Shown here one piece after another: positions 33,928 to 44,110 of a stretch of 64,000 nucleotides of DNA. Within the stretch, counting starts at the first letter, position 1; every line of letters starts with the position of its first letter. Source of the stretch: Candidatus Marinacidobacterales bacterium (lineage in GTDB: Bacteria; Acidobacteriota; Vicinamibacteria; Marinacidobacterales; DATDRI01). The stretch covers positions 5,024,001 through 5,088,000 of the forward strand of contig CBDCNP010000002.1 of NCBI GenBank assembly GCA_965219415.1. The letters are read 5' to 3'. The translations under genes were made by a program, and so were the position numbers. The notes below the pieces were generated by a model. That model was not told where the DNA came from. It worked only from the letters and a program-made list of their open reading frames with translations, and made no database searches.

Positions 33928-34350
33928 ATGGCCTTTACGAGCGTTCAGAAGATCCGATTCGATGACGTCGACGGCGCCGGCATCGTTTACTACCCACAGT
34001 TTTTTCACATCTGCCACGCCGCCTTCGAGGACTTTTTCGATACCGCAGCTCCCGTTTCCTATCCCGAGCTCGTGCGCCAACGGCGTCTAGGGTTTCCTAC
34101 CGTGGCCATCGAGAGTAGCTTCTCGGCGCCGCTCGTCTACGGTGACGTGGCGGTGGTAGAGCTGAGCGTCGAGCGAATCGGTCAGACCTCGGTCACCTTC
34201 GGCTATGTGATTCGTCGCAAGAGCGACGGAGCGCTGTGCTTTCGAGCCAGCATCACGACGGTGTTGGTGGGCATGGACAGCATGAAGCCCGTTCCGCTGG
34301 GCGACGAATACCGCTCCATCTTCGAACGCCTCCTTTCCTCGAAAGAATAG
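33928..34350 (+). CDS. Acyl-CoA thioesterase (4HBT/YbgC hot-dog family)
   Basis: RFDDVDGAGIVYY motif. Confidence 0.88.
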   Translation: MAFTSVQKIRFDDVDGAGIVYYPQFFHICHAAFEDFFDTAAPVSYPELVRQRRLGFPTVAIESSFSAPLVYGDVAVVELSVERIGQTSVTFGYVIRRKSDGALCFRASITTVLVGMDSMKPVPLGDEYRSIFERLLSSKE

Positions 34351-34563
34351 AGCCGACGTCCGGAGCCACGAAACTATTCGGGCTCCATCCTCGTATATCT
34401 GAGTGAAGACGGCGGGACTCAAACATGAGGGGATACCAGTTAACACCTTTGAATAGCCCAGTTATGGCAGGGATCCTCCCAACACCTGAGTTCCACGCCG
34501 TCGGACCGGGGCTTTTGGGGGGCAGCCCGGCGCAAAGAAAGACTATTCCAATGGAGTTGAACG

Positions 34564-35382
34564 ATGCCCAATGCGCTCATCCTTAGTCTCTCCCTAGCCG
34601 CCGCTCTCGTAGCGGCATCACCCGACCGGCAACCCTTTGGGCTCCCGCTCCAAGGAGAGGCGGCGGAACAATTTCTCGCGACCGCCCGCATTGTCCGTAT
34701 GAAGCCAGTGGGGGTCGGGATCACCAATCCTTACAAGGTGTACCTGACGGACGGAAGCCGGACGATCAAGGCTATCTGGAAGACGGTAGACGAGCACCGC
34801 CAGGAGCTCTCGCGGTCCGAGAAGGGCGGCTTTCAGTTCGGTTTTTGCGATTCTTACAAATACGAGATCGCCGCGTACGAATTGGACAAGCTTCTGGGTC
34901 TCGACCTAGTCCCTCCCACCGTGGAGCGGACCATCGACAACAAGACCGGTTCTCTTCAGCTTTGGGTGGAAGGGGCCTTCACCGAGCTCGACCGTAGAAA
35001 GCAGAAACTGCTTCCCAAGGACGGTGGCCGATGGGGGACCGAGATGTACAAAGTAAATCTTCTGAACCAGCTCATCTACAACACGGATACGAAAAACGCG
35101 CGGAACATTCTCTTCGATCCCGATTTTCGAGTCTACGCTATCGACAACTCCCGGAGCTTCCGTCTCTATAAGGAGCTTCCGGCGGCCGAAGAGCTCCGCC
35201 GCATTTCCCGCTCGGTGATTGCACGACTCCGGGAGCTGGATCAGGAAACAACGGAAAGCCGTCTCGGGCGTTGGCTCCAAGACAGCGAGATATCCGCCCT
35301 GTTGAAGCGGTGCACCTTGGTTTTGGAGCACGCCGATAGTTTGATCGCAGAGCAAGGAGAGGCGGTGGTTCTCTACGAGTGA
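34564..35382 (+). CDS. Secreted atypical kinase-like protein (Fam20/PI3-4-kinase-like fold)
   Basis: Signal peptide, KAIWK, EIAAYELDKLLGL..VPPTVER, NTD..N.L, AIDNSRSF. Confidence 0.65.
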   Translation: MPNALILSLSLAAALVAASPDRQPFGLPLQGEAAEQFLATARIVRMKPVGVGITNPYKVYLTDGSRTIKAIWKTVDEHRQELSRSEKGGFQFGFCDSYKYEIAAYELDKLLGLDLVPPTVERTIDNKTGSLQLWVEGAFTELDRRKQKLLPKDGGRWGTEMYKVNLLNQLIYNTDTKNARNILFDPDFRVYAIDNSRSFRLYKELPAAEELRRISRSVIARLRELDQETTESRLGRWLQDSEISALLKRCTLVLEHADSLIAEQGEAVVLYE

Positions 35383-35387
35383 GGCTT

Positions 35388-36305
35388 CTATTTCCCCAGC
35401 TGGTCGAGAACCCCTTGGGCCTGCTGCGCCTCTTGGCTGCCCGGCGCAACCTCGATGACTTTCCTCAACTGCACAGCCGCCTCGTCTAACTTCCCGAGGT
35501 TCAGGTAGGCGAAACCGATCTTCATGTAGGGCTCCGGCCAATCGGGTTTTACGTCGGCGGCCTTCTGGTAAAACGTGATCGCCTTATCTGTCTGGCCGTT
35601 ATTGAAACACAGCTCGGCCACGTTGTAAGGCAAGGTTTCATCCTCCGGGCTTAGCTCCACTGCCTGCTCGAAGTAAGGGGTGGCTTCATCGAACTTCCCT
35701 TGTTTGGCTAGAGCGTCGCCGGCGTTCACCAAGGACACCACGTGTACCGGGTCTTCGTCCAACACGATCTGATACTCGGCCAACGCTTCTTCGAACTTGT
35801 CCTGACGTTTGTACACGTTTCCGATGTTGGCGTGGATTTGATAGAGGCCCGGGTCCTCCTCCAGAATCTGTAGGTACATCGCTAGGGCCTCGTCGTAGCT
35901 CTCCTGATGATAGAGCTCGTTGGCCTCGGTCAAGAGGTCGCCGGTCTTGTCGCTGCGAGCGGCTCCTCTCCGCATCTTCTCCAGCGTTATCGTGATGGGT
36001 GGGTTCTTGGAAATTCCCTTGACCGACAGCGTGTCGGCCTGTGGCACATACCCTTCGGCGGTCACGGTGAACGTCCACCCTCCGCCACGGAAACCCATCA
36101 TGGCGAATTCACCGTCTTCATCGGCGGTGGCTTCGATTTGATGGCCACTGCCTTTGGTGGTGGCCACGATGAGTGCGCCGGGTATCGGATTGCCATCCAG
36201 GTCCGTGACCATGCCGGTGACTCGGCCGGTACCCATCTGCAAGGCTTCGCTGGTCCCGACGAAGGCCAAGCAAAGACACGCTACGAAGAGAATTCGTTTC
36301 TTCAT
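35388..36305 (-). CDS. Secreted carboxypeptidase-regulatory-like + TPR protein
   Basis: Signal peptide, GMVTDLDGNPIPGA, multiple TPRs. Confidence 0.85.
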   Translation of the reverse strand: MKKRILFVACLCLAFVGTSEALQMGTGRVTGMVTDLDGNPIPGALIVATTKGSGHQIEATADEDGEFAMMGFRGGGWTFTVTAEGYVPQADTLSVKGISKNPPITITLEKMRRGAARSDKTGDLLTEANELYHQESYDEALAMYLQILEEDPGLYQIHANIGNVYKRQDKFEEALAEYQIVLDEDPVHVVSLVNAGDALAKQGKFDEATPYFEQAVELSPEDETLPYNVAELCFNNGQTDKAITFYQKAADVKPDWPEPYMKIGFAYLNLGKLDEAAVQLRKVIEVAPGSQEAQQAQGVLDQLGK

Positions 36306-36540
36306 TTTGTCATCCCTCGATATTTCCTGGTCCGGCTCGATTATAGACCACAAGGTTTGCTAGGGCCATACCCCACCGCAAGTCCGAGGGGCGCCGGGAG
36401 GGCCTCGGGCTCGGCCGAACCAGGCGGCAGGCCGGAAGGTCTTGACAGGCCAGCACTTGCCGTGATAGCGTCGCCCCGAACGCAAAGTCGGCGCAAGCCC
36501 AACCGAACGGCCGCAACAAACCCGAGAGCGCTATCCGCGG

Positions 36541-37098
36541 ATGGATTTTCAGGGATCCCTGACCGAGTTCCAGCTGCCCGACATCGTCCAGTTCCTCAGC
36601 GGTGCTCGCAAGACCGGCGCCCTTAGGTTGGTGGAGGGCGACGAGACCGGAGAGATATATCTCGACAAGGGACGTATCGTTCACGCTCTACTTGGAGAGC
36701 AGGTGGGTGAGGAAGCGGTCTACGCCTTGGTGCTATGGAAGAGCGGCGAGTTCCTGTTCGAGCCGGGGATCGCGACTGACAAGACCACCGTCAACAAAGG
36801 CAACACCAATTTGTTGATCGAAGCCGCTCGCCGGAGAGACGAATGGGCGGTGATCTCCAAACAGATTCCTTCCGTGGATTGGATTCCCGAGTTCGTCGTT
36901 CCGGACGAGAATGAAACGGGAGGACAGATCAACCTGAACACCAGCGAATGGATCCTCCTTTCCAAGATCGACGGAACGCGTAGTTTGAAGGCGATAGCCG
37001 CGGCAGCGGACCTTTCGATCTTCCACACCGGCCGCTTACTTTACGGTCTCGTCTCTACCAAGCTTATCCGCCTCCGTAAGCCCGAAGAAAAGGCCTGA
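36541..37098 (+). CDS. DUF4388 (PATAN-like) domain protein
   Basis: FQGSLTEFQLPDIVQFL..RKTG.L, G.IVHA, LLIEAARRRDE. Confidence 0.85.
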   Translation: MDFQGSLTEFQLPDIVQFLSGARKTGALRLVEGDETGEIYLDKGRIVHALLGEQVGEEAVYALVLWKSGEFLFEPGIATDKTTVNKGNTNLLIEAARRRDEWAVISKQIPSVDWIPEFVVPDENETGGQINLNTSEWILLSKIDGTRSLKAIAAAADLSIFHTGRLLYGLVSTKLIRLRKPEEKA

Positions 37099-37163
37099 AT
37101 CCGCTCTCGTTGTGGGGTTTCGGGGAGTGGTGAGGTGCAGGAGATCTTGAATAGAATGGTGCA

Positions 37164-38057
37164 ATGGCCGACCGAAAGAAACGACTCGCGGGAAACGTCG
37201 TCGGCCCTTGGTTTGTCGATTCTTCGTGCATCGACTGCGACGCTTGCCGGCAGTTGGCACCTGAAGTGTTCTCCGACGGACCCGGACATGCCTTAGTCGC
37301 GCGACAGCCCGTCGTCGCCGACGCCCCCAATGCGCCCATCGCGCCCATCCCTCATGACCGGCTCGGTGCCCTCCGCGCGATGATTGCGTGCCCGGTAGGC
37401 GCCATCGGAGGAGACGCATCCAGCCCGATGCCTTCCGGGCTGTTCCCGATGCTCCTCGAAGACGGTGTCTTCTATTGCGGCTACAACTCGGAGGACTCCT
37501 ACGGAGCCAATAGTTTCTTCGTCGAGCGCCCCGAAGGGAACATCCTCGTCGACTCACCGCGATGGGCGAAGCTCCTAGTTCGTGAGATCGAAAAACGAGG
37601 CGGCATCTCAGACATCTTGCTAACCCATCAAGACGACGTGGCAGACGCCGAGCGCTACCACGAGCATTTCGAAGCCCGGGTGTGGATTCACGAGGCGGAG
37701 CGCCGCGCCGCACCTTACGCGACCCACCTACTCGAGGGTGAAGCGCCGAAGGAGATCCGGCCGGGTCTATTTGCAATCCCGGTTCCCGGTCACACGCGGG
37801 GAAGCACCATGTTTCTCTTGGAGGAGAAGTTTCTCTTCAGCGGCGACTCACTCTATTGGAGCAGAAAGCGGGGCGGCTTGGCTGCTTCGAAGAACTACTG
37901 TTGGTATTCGTGGGACAAGCAAGTGGAATCGCTGATCCGGCTGGCAGACTATCGCTTCGAGTGGGTGCTCGCCGGGCACGGAGAACGCATTCGTTTATCG
38001 CCCGATGAGGCGCGCCAGGGCCTGCTGGCCCTAACGAGTCAGTTCTCTCGCGCATGA
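37164..38057 (+). CDS. Ferredoxin-MBL-fold hydrolase fusion
   Basis: CIDCDAC..CPVGAI; THQDDVAD, GHTRG, GD, GHG. Confidence 0.88.
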   Translation: MADRKKRLAGNVVGPWFVDSSCIDCDACRQLAPEVFSDGPGHALVARQPVVADAPNAPIAPIPHDRLGALRAMIACPVGAIGGDASSPMPSGLFPMLLEDGVFYCGYNSEDSYGANSFFVERPEGNILVDSPRWAKLLVREIEKRGGISDILLTHQDDVADAERYHEHFEARVWIHEAERRAAPYATHLLEGEAPKEIRPGLFAIPVPGHTRGSTMFLLEEKFLFSGDSLYWSRKRGGLAASKNYCWYSWDKQVESLIRLADYRFEWVLAGHGERIRLSPDEARQGLLALTSQFSRA

Positions 38058-39229
38058 ATTTTCGCGCTCTATTCGCTCTTGCCACCGCTCACTTTCTTGG
38101 AGATTCCTACGCCAGTTTCCTGGCCCCTCTGCTCCCGGCGCTGATCATTCGACACGGCCTGGATCTAAGGGGGGCGGGGCTTCTGGTCGCGGTTTTGTCG
38201 ACGGCCGGACATCTGATGCAGCCCGCTTGGGGGGTTCTCGCGGACCGTTGGCCGGGTCGCCGCTTCGCGATCGCGGGGCCGCTCTTGATGGCGATCTGCA
38301 TCAGTACCATTGGCCTGGCTCCGAACTTGACGATTCTCGTTCTGGCGCTGGCCGTTGGTGGTAGTGGGATGGCGGCCTTTCATCCCGAAGCCGCATCCTT
38401 GGCCCGCCAGTCGAGCGGCTCCCGCCCGGCGCTCGGCATGTCGCTCTTTATTTCGGGAGGGAACCTGGGCTTCGCTCTGGGCCCGGTGGTCGTAACCGGT
38501 TTGGTCGCCGCCTTTGGTCTAGGCGGAACCATCTGGGGGATGATACCGGGCGTGGTCGGCGCCCTTGTTTTGCTCAAGCTCGTGCCGGCTCCCAAGAAGG
38601 CCGTGGCGAAACCCATCGCCGACGCGATTCCCGCGACGCCTTCTCCTCTCACGATGAGACCACTCGTGAACCTCGTGAACCTCTGGGCGATTTCCATCTT
38701 GCGCGGCCTCGTTACGGTGAGCTTCCTGACGTTCTTGCCGATTCTCTTTGCGGGTAGGGGATTGAGCCTGACTCTCGGCGGACAGCTGGTCACGCTGTTC
38801 CTCCTTGCGGGAGCGATCGGAGGCGTGCTGGGAGGATTTGCCGCCGAGCGCTTCGGAAGCAAACGCATGATGGGCACGACTCTCGCGCTGGTAACGCCGG
38901 TTCTCCTATATGCGATCTGGACAAGCGGCGTCGTGCAAGGAGCGGCCCTGCTGGTGGGCGGCATTTTGTTGGTCGCTTCCCATCCGGTGAACGTCAGTTT
39001 CGCTCAGTCCCTCGCTCCTCATCGAGCCGGCACGGCGGCGGCGTTCATGATCGGTGTGGCGATGGGGGTTTCAGGCCTTCTCATGCCGGTGGTCGGGGCT
39101 GCCGCAGACGTGTACGGCGTCGAAGAGGCTCTTACGGTTTTGGCGTTCGGTCCGTTTTTCGGCTCCATCCTCGTCCTACCGCTTCCCTCGGCGGTGCTTC
39201 GGAAAACCAGCATATCGGCGCTTCCGTAG
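38054..39229 (+). CDS. MFS transporter (Fsr-like)
   Basis: About 12 TM; GVLADRW, AFHP, GGNLGFALGP. Confidence 0.88.
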   Translation: MNFRALFALATAHFLGDSYASFLAPLLPALIIRHGLDLRGAGLLVAVLSTAGHLMQPAWGVLADRWPGRRFAIAGPLLMAICISTIGLAPNLTILVLALAVGGSGMAAFHPEAASLARQSSGSRPALGMSLFISGGNLGFALGPVVVTGLVAAFGLGGTIWGMIPGVVGALVLLKLVPAPKKAVAKPIADAIPATPSPLTMRPLVNLVNLWAISILRGLVTVSFLTFLPILFAGRGLSLTLGGQLVTLFLLAGAIGGVLGGFAAERFGSKRMMGTTLALVTPVLLYAIWTSGVVQGAALLVGGILLVASHPVNVSFAQSLAPHRAGTAAAFMIGVAMGVSGLLMPVVGAAADVYGVEEALTVLAFGPFFGSILVLPLPSAVLRKTSISALP

Positions 39230-39263
39230 TTGGCTTGAGATATGATCTGTTTCGGGAGGTAAA

Positions 39264-40301
39264 GTGAATAACCGATTTATCGATGCGTGCCGGCGCCTGC
39301 CGGTGGATGCAACGCCGGTATGGTACATGAGGCAAGCCGGACGCTACATGGCGGAGTACCGGGAACTCCGTACCAAGCACGCGCTTCTCGAAATCTGTCA
39401 CACCCCGGAGCTCGCGGTAACCGTCACGCTGCAGCCCTTGGCCCGCCTGAACGTGGATGCGGCGATCTTGTTCTCCGATCTTCTCATTCCTCTCAAACCA
39501 ATGGGCATCGATTTCGACTTCGTGAAAGGTGAGGGACCTCAGATCGATAATCCGATACGGGGTAGGGAAGACGTGGACAGGCTTCGTGAGTTCGAGCCAC
39601 GAGAGGAGCTCGGGTTTACGATGGACGCGATTCGCATGCTCCGTCAAGAGCTCGACGGAAAAGTCCCACTGATCGGATTCGCCGGCGCTCCCTTTACGCT
39701 GGCCTCCTACTTAATAGAAGGAAGCTCTTCTCGCAATTTCGAGAAGACCAAGTCGCTGATGTACTCCGATCCCGAAAGCTGGCATGCGTTGGCTTCGAAG
39801 TTGGCCTCCATGGTTCAGAACTATCTCCTCGCACAGATCGAGGCGGGGGCCCAAGCCGTGCAAGTATTCGATTCCTGGGCCGGCGCCTTGTCACCCGAGG
39901 ACTATCGCGAGTTCGTGCTTCCCCACAGCAAGGCGGTCATAAACGGTCTAAAAAACGAGGAAGGACCGTCCGTCCCGGTGCTTCACTTCGCAACCGGGAG
40001 CACGGGATTGCTCCGCGTTCTTCGCCAGGCCGGCGGAGACGTCATCGGCCTAGACTGGAGGGTCGATCTCGACATGGGTTGGGACATCGTGGGGAGCGAT
40101 GTTGCGGTGCAAGGCAACCTAGATCCGGCGGTTCTCCTCGGTCCACCCGAGCTCGCCTTTCGGCGAGCCGATGACATCCTAGCCCGCGCTGGCTCACGCC
40201 CCGGCCACATCTTCAATCTCGGCCACGGAATTCTTCCCTCCACACCCGTCGAAACGGCGGCGGCGCTGATTGAACATGTTCATCAGAAGACCGCACGATG
40301 A
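39264..40301 (+). CDS. hemE: Uroporphyrinogen decarboxylase
   Basis: PVWYMRQAGRY, IGFAGAPFTLASY, FNLGHG. Confidence 0.97.
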   Translation: MNNRFIDACRRLPVDATPVWYMRQAGRYMAEYRELRTKHALLEICHTPELAVTVTLQPLARLNVDAAILFSDLLIPLKPMGIDFDFVKGEGPQIDNPIRGREDVDRLREFEPREELGFTMDAIRMLRQELDGKVPLIGFAGAPFTLASYLIEGSSSRNFEKTKSLMYSDPESWHALASKLASMVQNYLLAQIEAGAQAVQVFDSWAGALSPEDYREFVLPHSKAVINGLKNEEGPSVPVLHFATGSTGLLRVLRQAGGDVIGLDWRVDLDMGWDIVGSDVAVQGNLDPAVLLGPPELAFRRADDILARAGSRPGHIFNLGHGILPSTPVETAAALIEHVHQKTAR

Positions 40302-41194
40302 TCGCGGTCCTGATGATGGCGCATGGGACGCCGGAGTCGCTCGATCAGATGGAAGCGTATCTGACGCGTGTTCGAGGTGGCCGTCCACCATCCGCCGAGC
40401 TCTTGGAAGAAATGATCGGCAACTACGCCGCAATCGGGGGTCGGTCTCCGCTGACCGAGCTGACCCAAGCGCAGGCTCGAGCCGTCGAGTCGAAGCTGGG
40501 CGAACCGTTTCGCGTCTTCGTGGGAATGCGCAACTGGCGTCCCTATATTGAGGATGCGGCAAGGGAGATCGCTACCCAAGAGGCGGAGAAGTGCATCGGT
40601 ATACCCATGGCCCCTCAGTACTCGGAGTTGAGTGTCAAGAAGTACTTGGACGAGGCAAGACGGTTCGTCCCCGCCGAGGTTCCTCTGGAGCTGGTTCAGT
40701 CTTGGTACGACCATCCGGGCCTGCTGGACGCGTTCGCCGAGAAAGTGAATGTAGTGCAAGAAAGCTGGGGCGTCTCGGAGGAAGTGATCTTCACCGCGCA
40801 TAGTCTCCCCGAGCGAGTAAGAGATGTCCCGGGACCGGCGAGTCCGTCGTATCCCGTGCAGTTTCAGGAAACGGCCGAAGGGATCGCGCAACGGGTCGGG
40901 CTGAACCGCTTTCGCATCGCCTACCAGAGCGCGGGTCGGACTCCCGAGCCCTGGCTGGATCCGGAGCTATCACAAGTCCTGCAGGAGCTGGCCGAGCAGG
41001 GCACGAAGCGCGTGCTAGTTGTGCCCGTCGGTTTCGTGTGCGATCACACCGAGATCCTTTTCGATATCGATCAACGAGCCAAGGCATCGGCCGAGGAGCT
41101 GGGAATAGAGCTCGCGCGCACCGAGTCACTCAATACCTCCCCGCTTTTCATCGAGGCGGTGGCCGATATCATCCGCTCTCGTGTCGAGACGTGA
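40298..41194 (+). CDS. hemH: Ferrochelatase
   Basis: IGGRSPL, FTAHSLP, YQSAG, GFVCDHTEILFDID. Confidence 0.95.
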   Translation: MIAVLMMAHGTPESLDQMEAYLTRVRGGRPPSAELLEEMIGNYAAIGGRSPLTELTQAQARAVESKLGEPFRVFVGMRNWRPYIEDAAREIATQEAEKCIGIPMAPQYSELSVKKYLDEARRFVPAEVPLELVQSWYDHPGLLDAFAEKVNVVQESWGVSEEVIFTAHSLPERVRDVPGPASPSYPVQFQETAEGIAQRVGLNRFRIAYQSAGRTPEPWLDPELSQVLQELAEQGTKRVLVVPVGFVCDHTEILFDIDQRAKASAEELGIELARTESLNTSPLFIEAVADIIRSRVET

Positions 41195-42612
41195 AACGCA
41201 CCTCGGTCGCGGTTGTTGGAGGAGGAATCACCGGTCTCGCTGCGGCCCATACCCTCGCCCGCAAGTCGATTGATTTCCTACTCATAGAAAAAGAACAAAG
41301 ACTCGGCGGGACGATCCGTACCGAGCACGAGGCCGGGTTCTTGCTCGATACGGGTCCGGACGCCTTCCTCGCTCAAAAACCCGACGGTGTTGCCCTGTGC
41401 CGTGAGCTCGGCATCGAGAAACGTTTGATTCCAACCAATCCCGCCGAACGAGCGGTCTTCGTGCTACACGGCGGTCGTCTGCACCCGCTTCCCGAAGGAA
41501 TGGTGTTGACGGTGCCCACCCGGATTTTCCCTCTCGCGTCGTCGAGTTTATTTTCCATCACCGGAAAAATGAGGATGGCACTCGAGTTCTTGATACCGGC
41601 GCGGCAAGAACCGGATGAATCCATCGCCTCTTTCGTGAGGCGCAGGCTAGGGAAGGAGGCTCTCGAACGATTGGCCGAGCCTCTTCTCGCAGGAATCCAT
41701 TCCGGCGACGCGGAGCGGCTTTCGATGAGTTTCCTTTTTCCACGTTTCGTGGAGCTCGAAAAGAAGCACGGGAGTCTCATTCGAGGAATGCGCAAGGCGG
41801 TGCCTCGACGACATCCCGACAAGAAAGGTGGCAAGGCACCCTCGATCTTTCTGTCGCTCGAGGGTGGGCTCGGCGAGTTGGTGGATGCGATTTCCGAGAG
41901 ACTACCCGAGGGTACGGTGCTTAGAGGAGAAGGGGTCCGCGCAATTCGGATGGAAGGGAAGCGTTACTGTTTGCGGCTCGATTCAGGCGAGGAAGTCTCT
42001 GCCTCCGCGTGTGTGCTGGCGGTTCCGCTGCGAGCGGCGGAACGGTTGGTCGAAGGCGTCTCCACCGACGTCGCCGACTTGCTCGTCGGCATTCCAGCGG
42101 TTTCCACCGCGGTCTGCTTCTTGGGCTTTCCCCGCGAACAGGTGCGCCACCCCCTCAACGGGTATGGCTTTGTTGTACCGCGCACCGAGGGGCGCCGGAT
42201 CTTGGCCGCAACGTTCGTGTCTTCGAAATTCGCGAACCGCGCCCCAAGCTCCCAGGTGCTTCTGCGGGCCTTTTTGGGTGGAGCGAGAGATCCAGATGTG
42301 CTCGGACTCTCGGACGTGGCACTCTCCGAGCTCGCGAGGCGCGAGCTCGGAGAGATTCTAGGCTTGCTCGGAGAGCCATCTTTCTCGAGAGTGCACCGCT
42401 GGCAAGACGGCACGCCTCAAGTAGAAGTGGGTCATGCGGATCGCCTCGCGGCCATCGAAGCCCGGCTCCGGGAAACGCCGGGATTGGAGTTGGCGGGGAA
42501 CGGCGTCCGTGGTGTTGGTATTCCCGACTGCATTGCGGATGGGCGCCGGAGAGCCGAAGCGGCTGTGGAATTTCTGGAAAGCGGGGCGGCCGAGTCAACG
42601 GCGGGGATTTGA
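41191..42612 (+). CDS. hemY: HemY-type proto/coproporphyrinogen oxidase
   Basis: GTG overlaps the hemH stop. GGGITGL, GPDAF, GVGIPDCI. Confidence 0.92.
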   Translation: MKRTSVAVVGGGITGLAAAHTLARKSIDFLLIEKEQRLGGTIRTEHEAGFLLDTGPDAFLAQKPDGVALCRELGIEKRLIPTNPAERAVFVLHGGRLHPLPEGMVLTVPTRIFPLASSSLFSITGKMRMALEFLIPARQEPDESIASFVRRRLGKEALERLAEPLLAGIHSGDAERLSMSFLFPRFVELEKKHGSLIRGMRKAVPRRHPDKKGGKAPSIFLSLEGGLGELVDAISERLPEGTVLRGEGVRAIRMEGKRYCLRLDSGEEVSASACVLAVPLRAAERLVEGVSTDVADLLVGIPAVSTAVCFLGFPREQVRHPLNGYGFVVPRTEGRRILAATFVSSKFANRAPSSQVLLRAFLGGARDPDVLGLSDVALSELARRELGEILGLLGEPSFSRVHRWQDGTPQVEVGHADRLAAIEARLRETPGLELAGNGVRGVGIPDCIADGRRRAEAAVEFLESGAAESTAGI

Positions 42613-42626
42613 ATTCAGCCCAAATG

Positions 42627-42700
42627 TGGCTGGGAAGCAGGGATTCGAACCCCGATTCCGTGGTCCAGAGCCACGTGTCCTACCATTGGACGACTTCCCA
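42627..42700 (-). tRNA. tRNA-Gln (anticodon CTG)
   Basis: TGGGAAG..CTTCCCA acceptor stem, CGTGG-CTCTGGA-CCACG anticodon arm, GGTTCGAATC, encoded CCA. Confidence 0.96.
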
Positions 42701-42718
42701 AACAGCTGAGGCGTGTCC

Positions 42719-42748
42719 AGCATAGCGGCGGCGAGGCAAATTTGTCAA
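42719..42748 (-). promoter_or_regulatory. Sigma-70 promoter of tRNA-Gln
   Basis: TTGACA-18 bp-TATGCT on the minus strand just upstream of the tRNA. Confidence 0.7.
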
Positions 42749-43410
42749 CGGAAGCGTGATCCGGAGCAGCCGCCCGTCAGAAGCTCAAGATGAAGATCTC
42801 AAGGCCATGGGATTTCGTCTAAACGCTTTTTTTATAGGCAATTACAGGAATGTTAATGGCGGATGGTGCAGTTCGGAGCTATCCGGTCTCGGTAAAAGGT
42901 ATTTATAGAGTTTATAGAGTGTTACGTCGCGCTTTCGCCGCGCGCGTGGTGGGGCAATGTAGCGAAAACTCAGAGAAGCCCTGGTGCCCACGTCGTTCTA
43001 TCCTCTTGTCCTGCAGTGATTTAAAGCCATCCGTTACGTGCTGGTCCCCGCACGCCTCATCGACGGGTGGTCGTTCGAGCTTATTTGCGAATTGACATTT
43101 AATTTGATTTTCTATACGGCAATCTCAACCTCCTTGACGCCCGTAAGAGGGTCGTGTTGTAAACCCTCCGACGGAGGCTCCGCTCGTAAATCATTGTAGT
43201 GAAAAGCTATTACGCCTCATCGATGGACGCGTCGTCGACGGGAACACCTTTCCGACTATCGCAGTCGTAAGGTTCAAGTGGGGGCAAGTGGAGCTATTCG
43301 GGTCTTGGCAGCAAACAAGCAGTAACGGTGCAAAACAGGTCATAAAAATGCAATTGGAGGCCATTTCGGGGCCTAATCGAGCGCTAATCGCTCAGCTAAT
43401 GGGAAAACGC

Positions 43411-43444
43411 CGTCGTGTCCAAAAACACAAACGAACTCAAGACC
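43411..43444 (+). repeat. Transposon-end repeat type A (CGTCGTGTCCAAAAACACAAACGAACTCAAGACC)
   Basis: Copies at 47976-48009 (minus), 57590 and, degenerate, 58427. Confidence 0.8.
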
Positions 43445-44110
43445 CGCACGCCGCCGATGTCATCATCAGTAAGGGGCGATGCCGTTCGCCGACTGATGGA
43501 GATCAAGAGCGAGCGTGGCCGCGGCCGCAGGTTGGCTTACAACGTGACCTGCCTCACAGCGTTGCGACGAGGGCACGCTGCTCCTCCCAATCGTCGGGAA
43601 GCGGATGATGGAGGAGGTAGCTCGAGGTCAGCCCAACGGGCTGGCGACCGTCCACAATGGCGCGGACGATGTCGGGGGCCATGAATGCATAACGGATTGC
43701 CTTGCGCACGCGGTCCGTTGGGATGGCGTCTTCGGTGGCAATCTGCTCATAGGTTTTGCCTGCTTTGATTCGGTCGAGCCAGGAGAGGGCGTTGGCGATA
43801 TTGCGCAGGAGTGTGCGGTCGACGGATTTCGTGGGGTTGCCCCAGAACGAGCTTGGTCTCGACGCCGCGTCGACGCAAGCGGAACGGTGCGTGGATGCGG
43901 AGTGCATCCTCGCGAATGCGGTCGGGTCCCATAGACAGGCAATCAGCGAACGTATTGCGATCGAGCAGGATGGACACAGAGCCTGGGCTGATATCGACCC
44001 GCCGGATGAAACGGAGCAGGCTGGCTGCCGAGGCACTATCATTATTGCTACCGGAACACAGCCCGTCTAAAAAGCGACGTGGGCTTGATCCGGTTTCGTA
44101 GACGGTTTAG

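Noticed and set aside
42627-42700. tRNA-Gln as attachment site of the mobile region
   Set aside because: The mobile region lies on the tRNA's 5' side, its 3' end abuts hemY, and I saw no duplicated tRNA fragment.
42800-43130. Replication origin near the hemE operon
   Set aside because: AT-rich patches are present but I found no DnaA-box (TTATCCACA) cluster.
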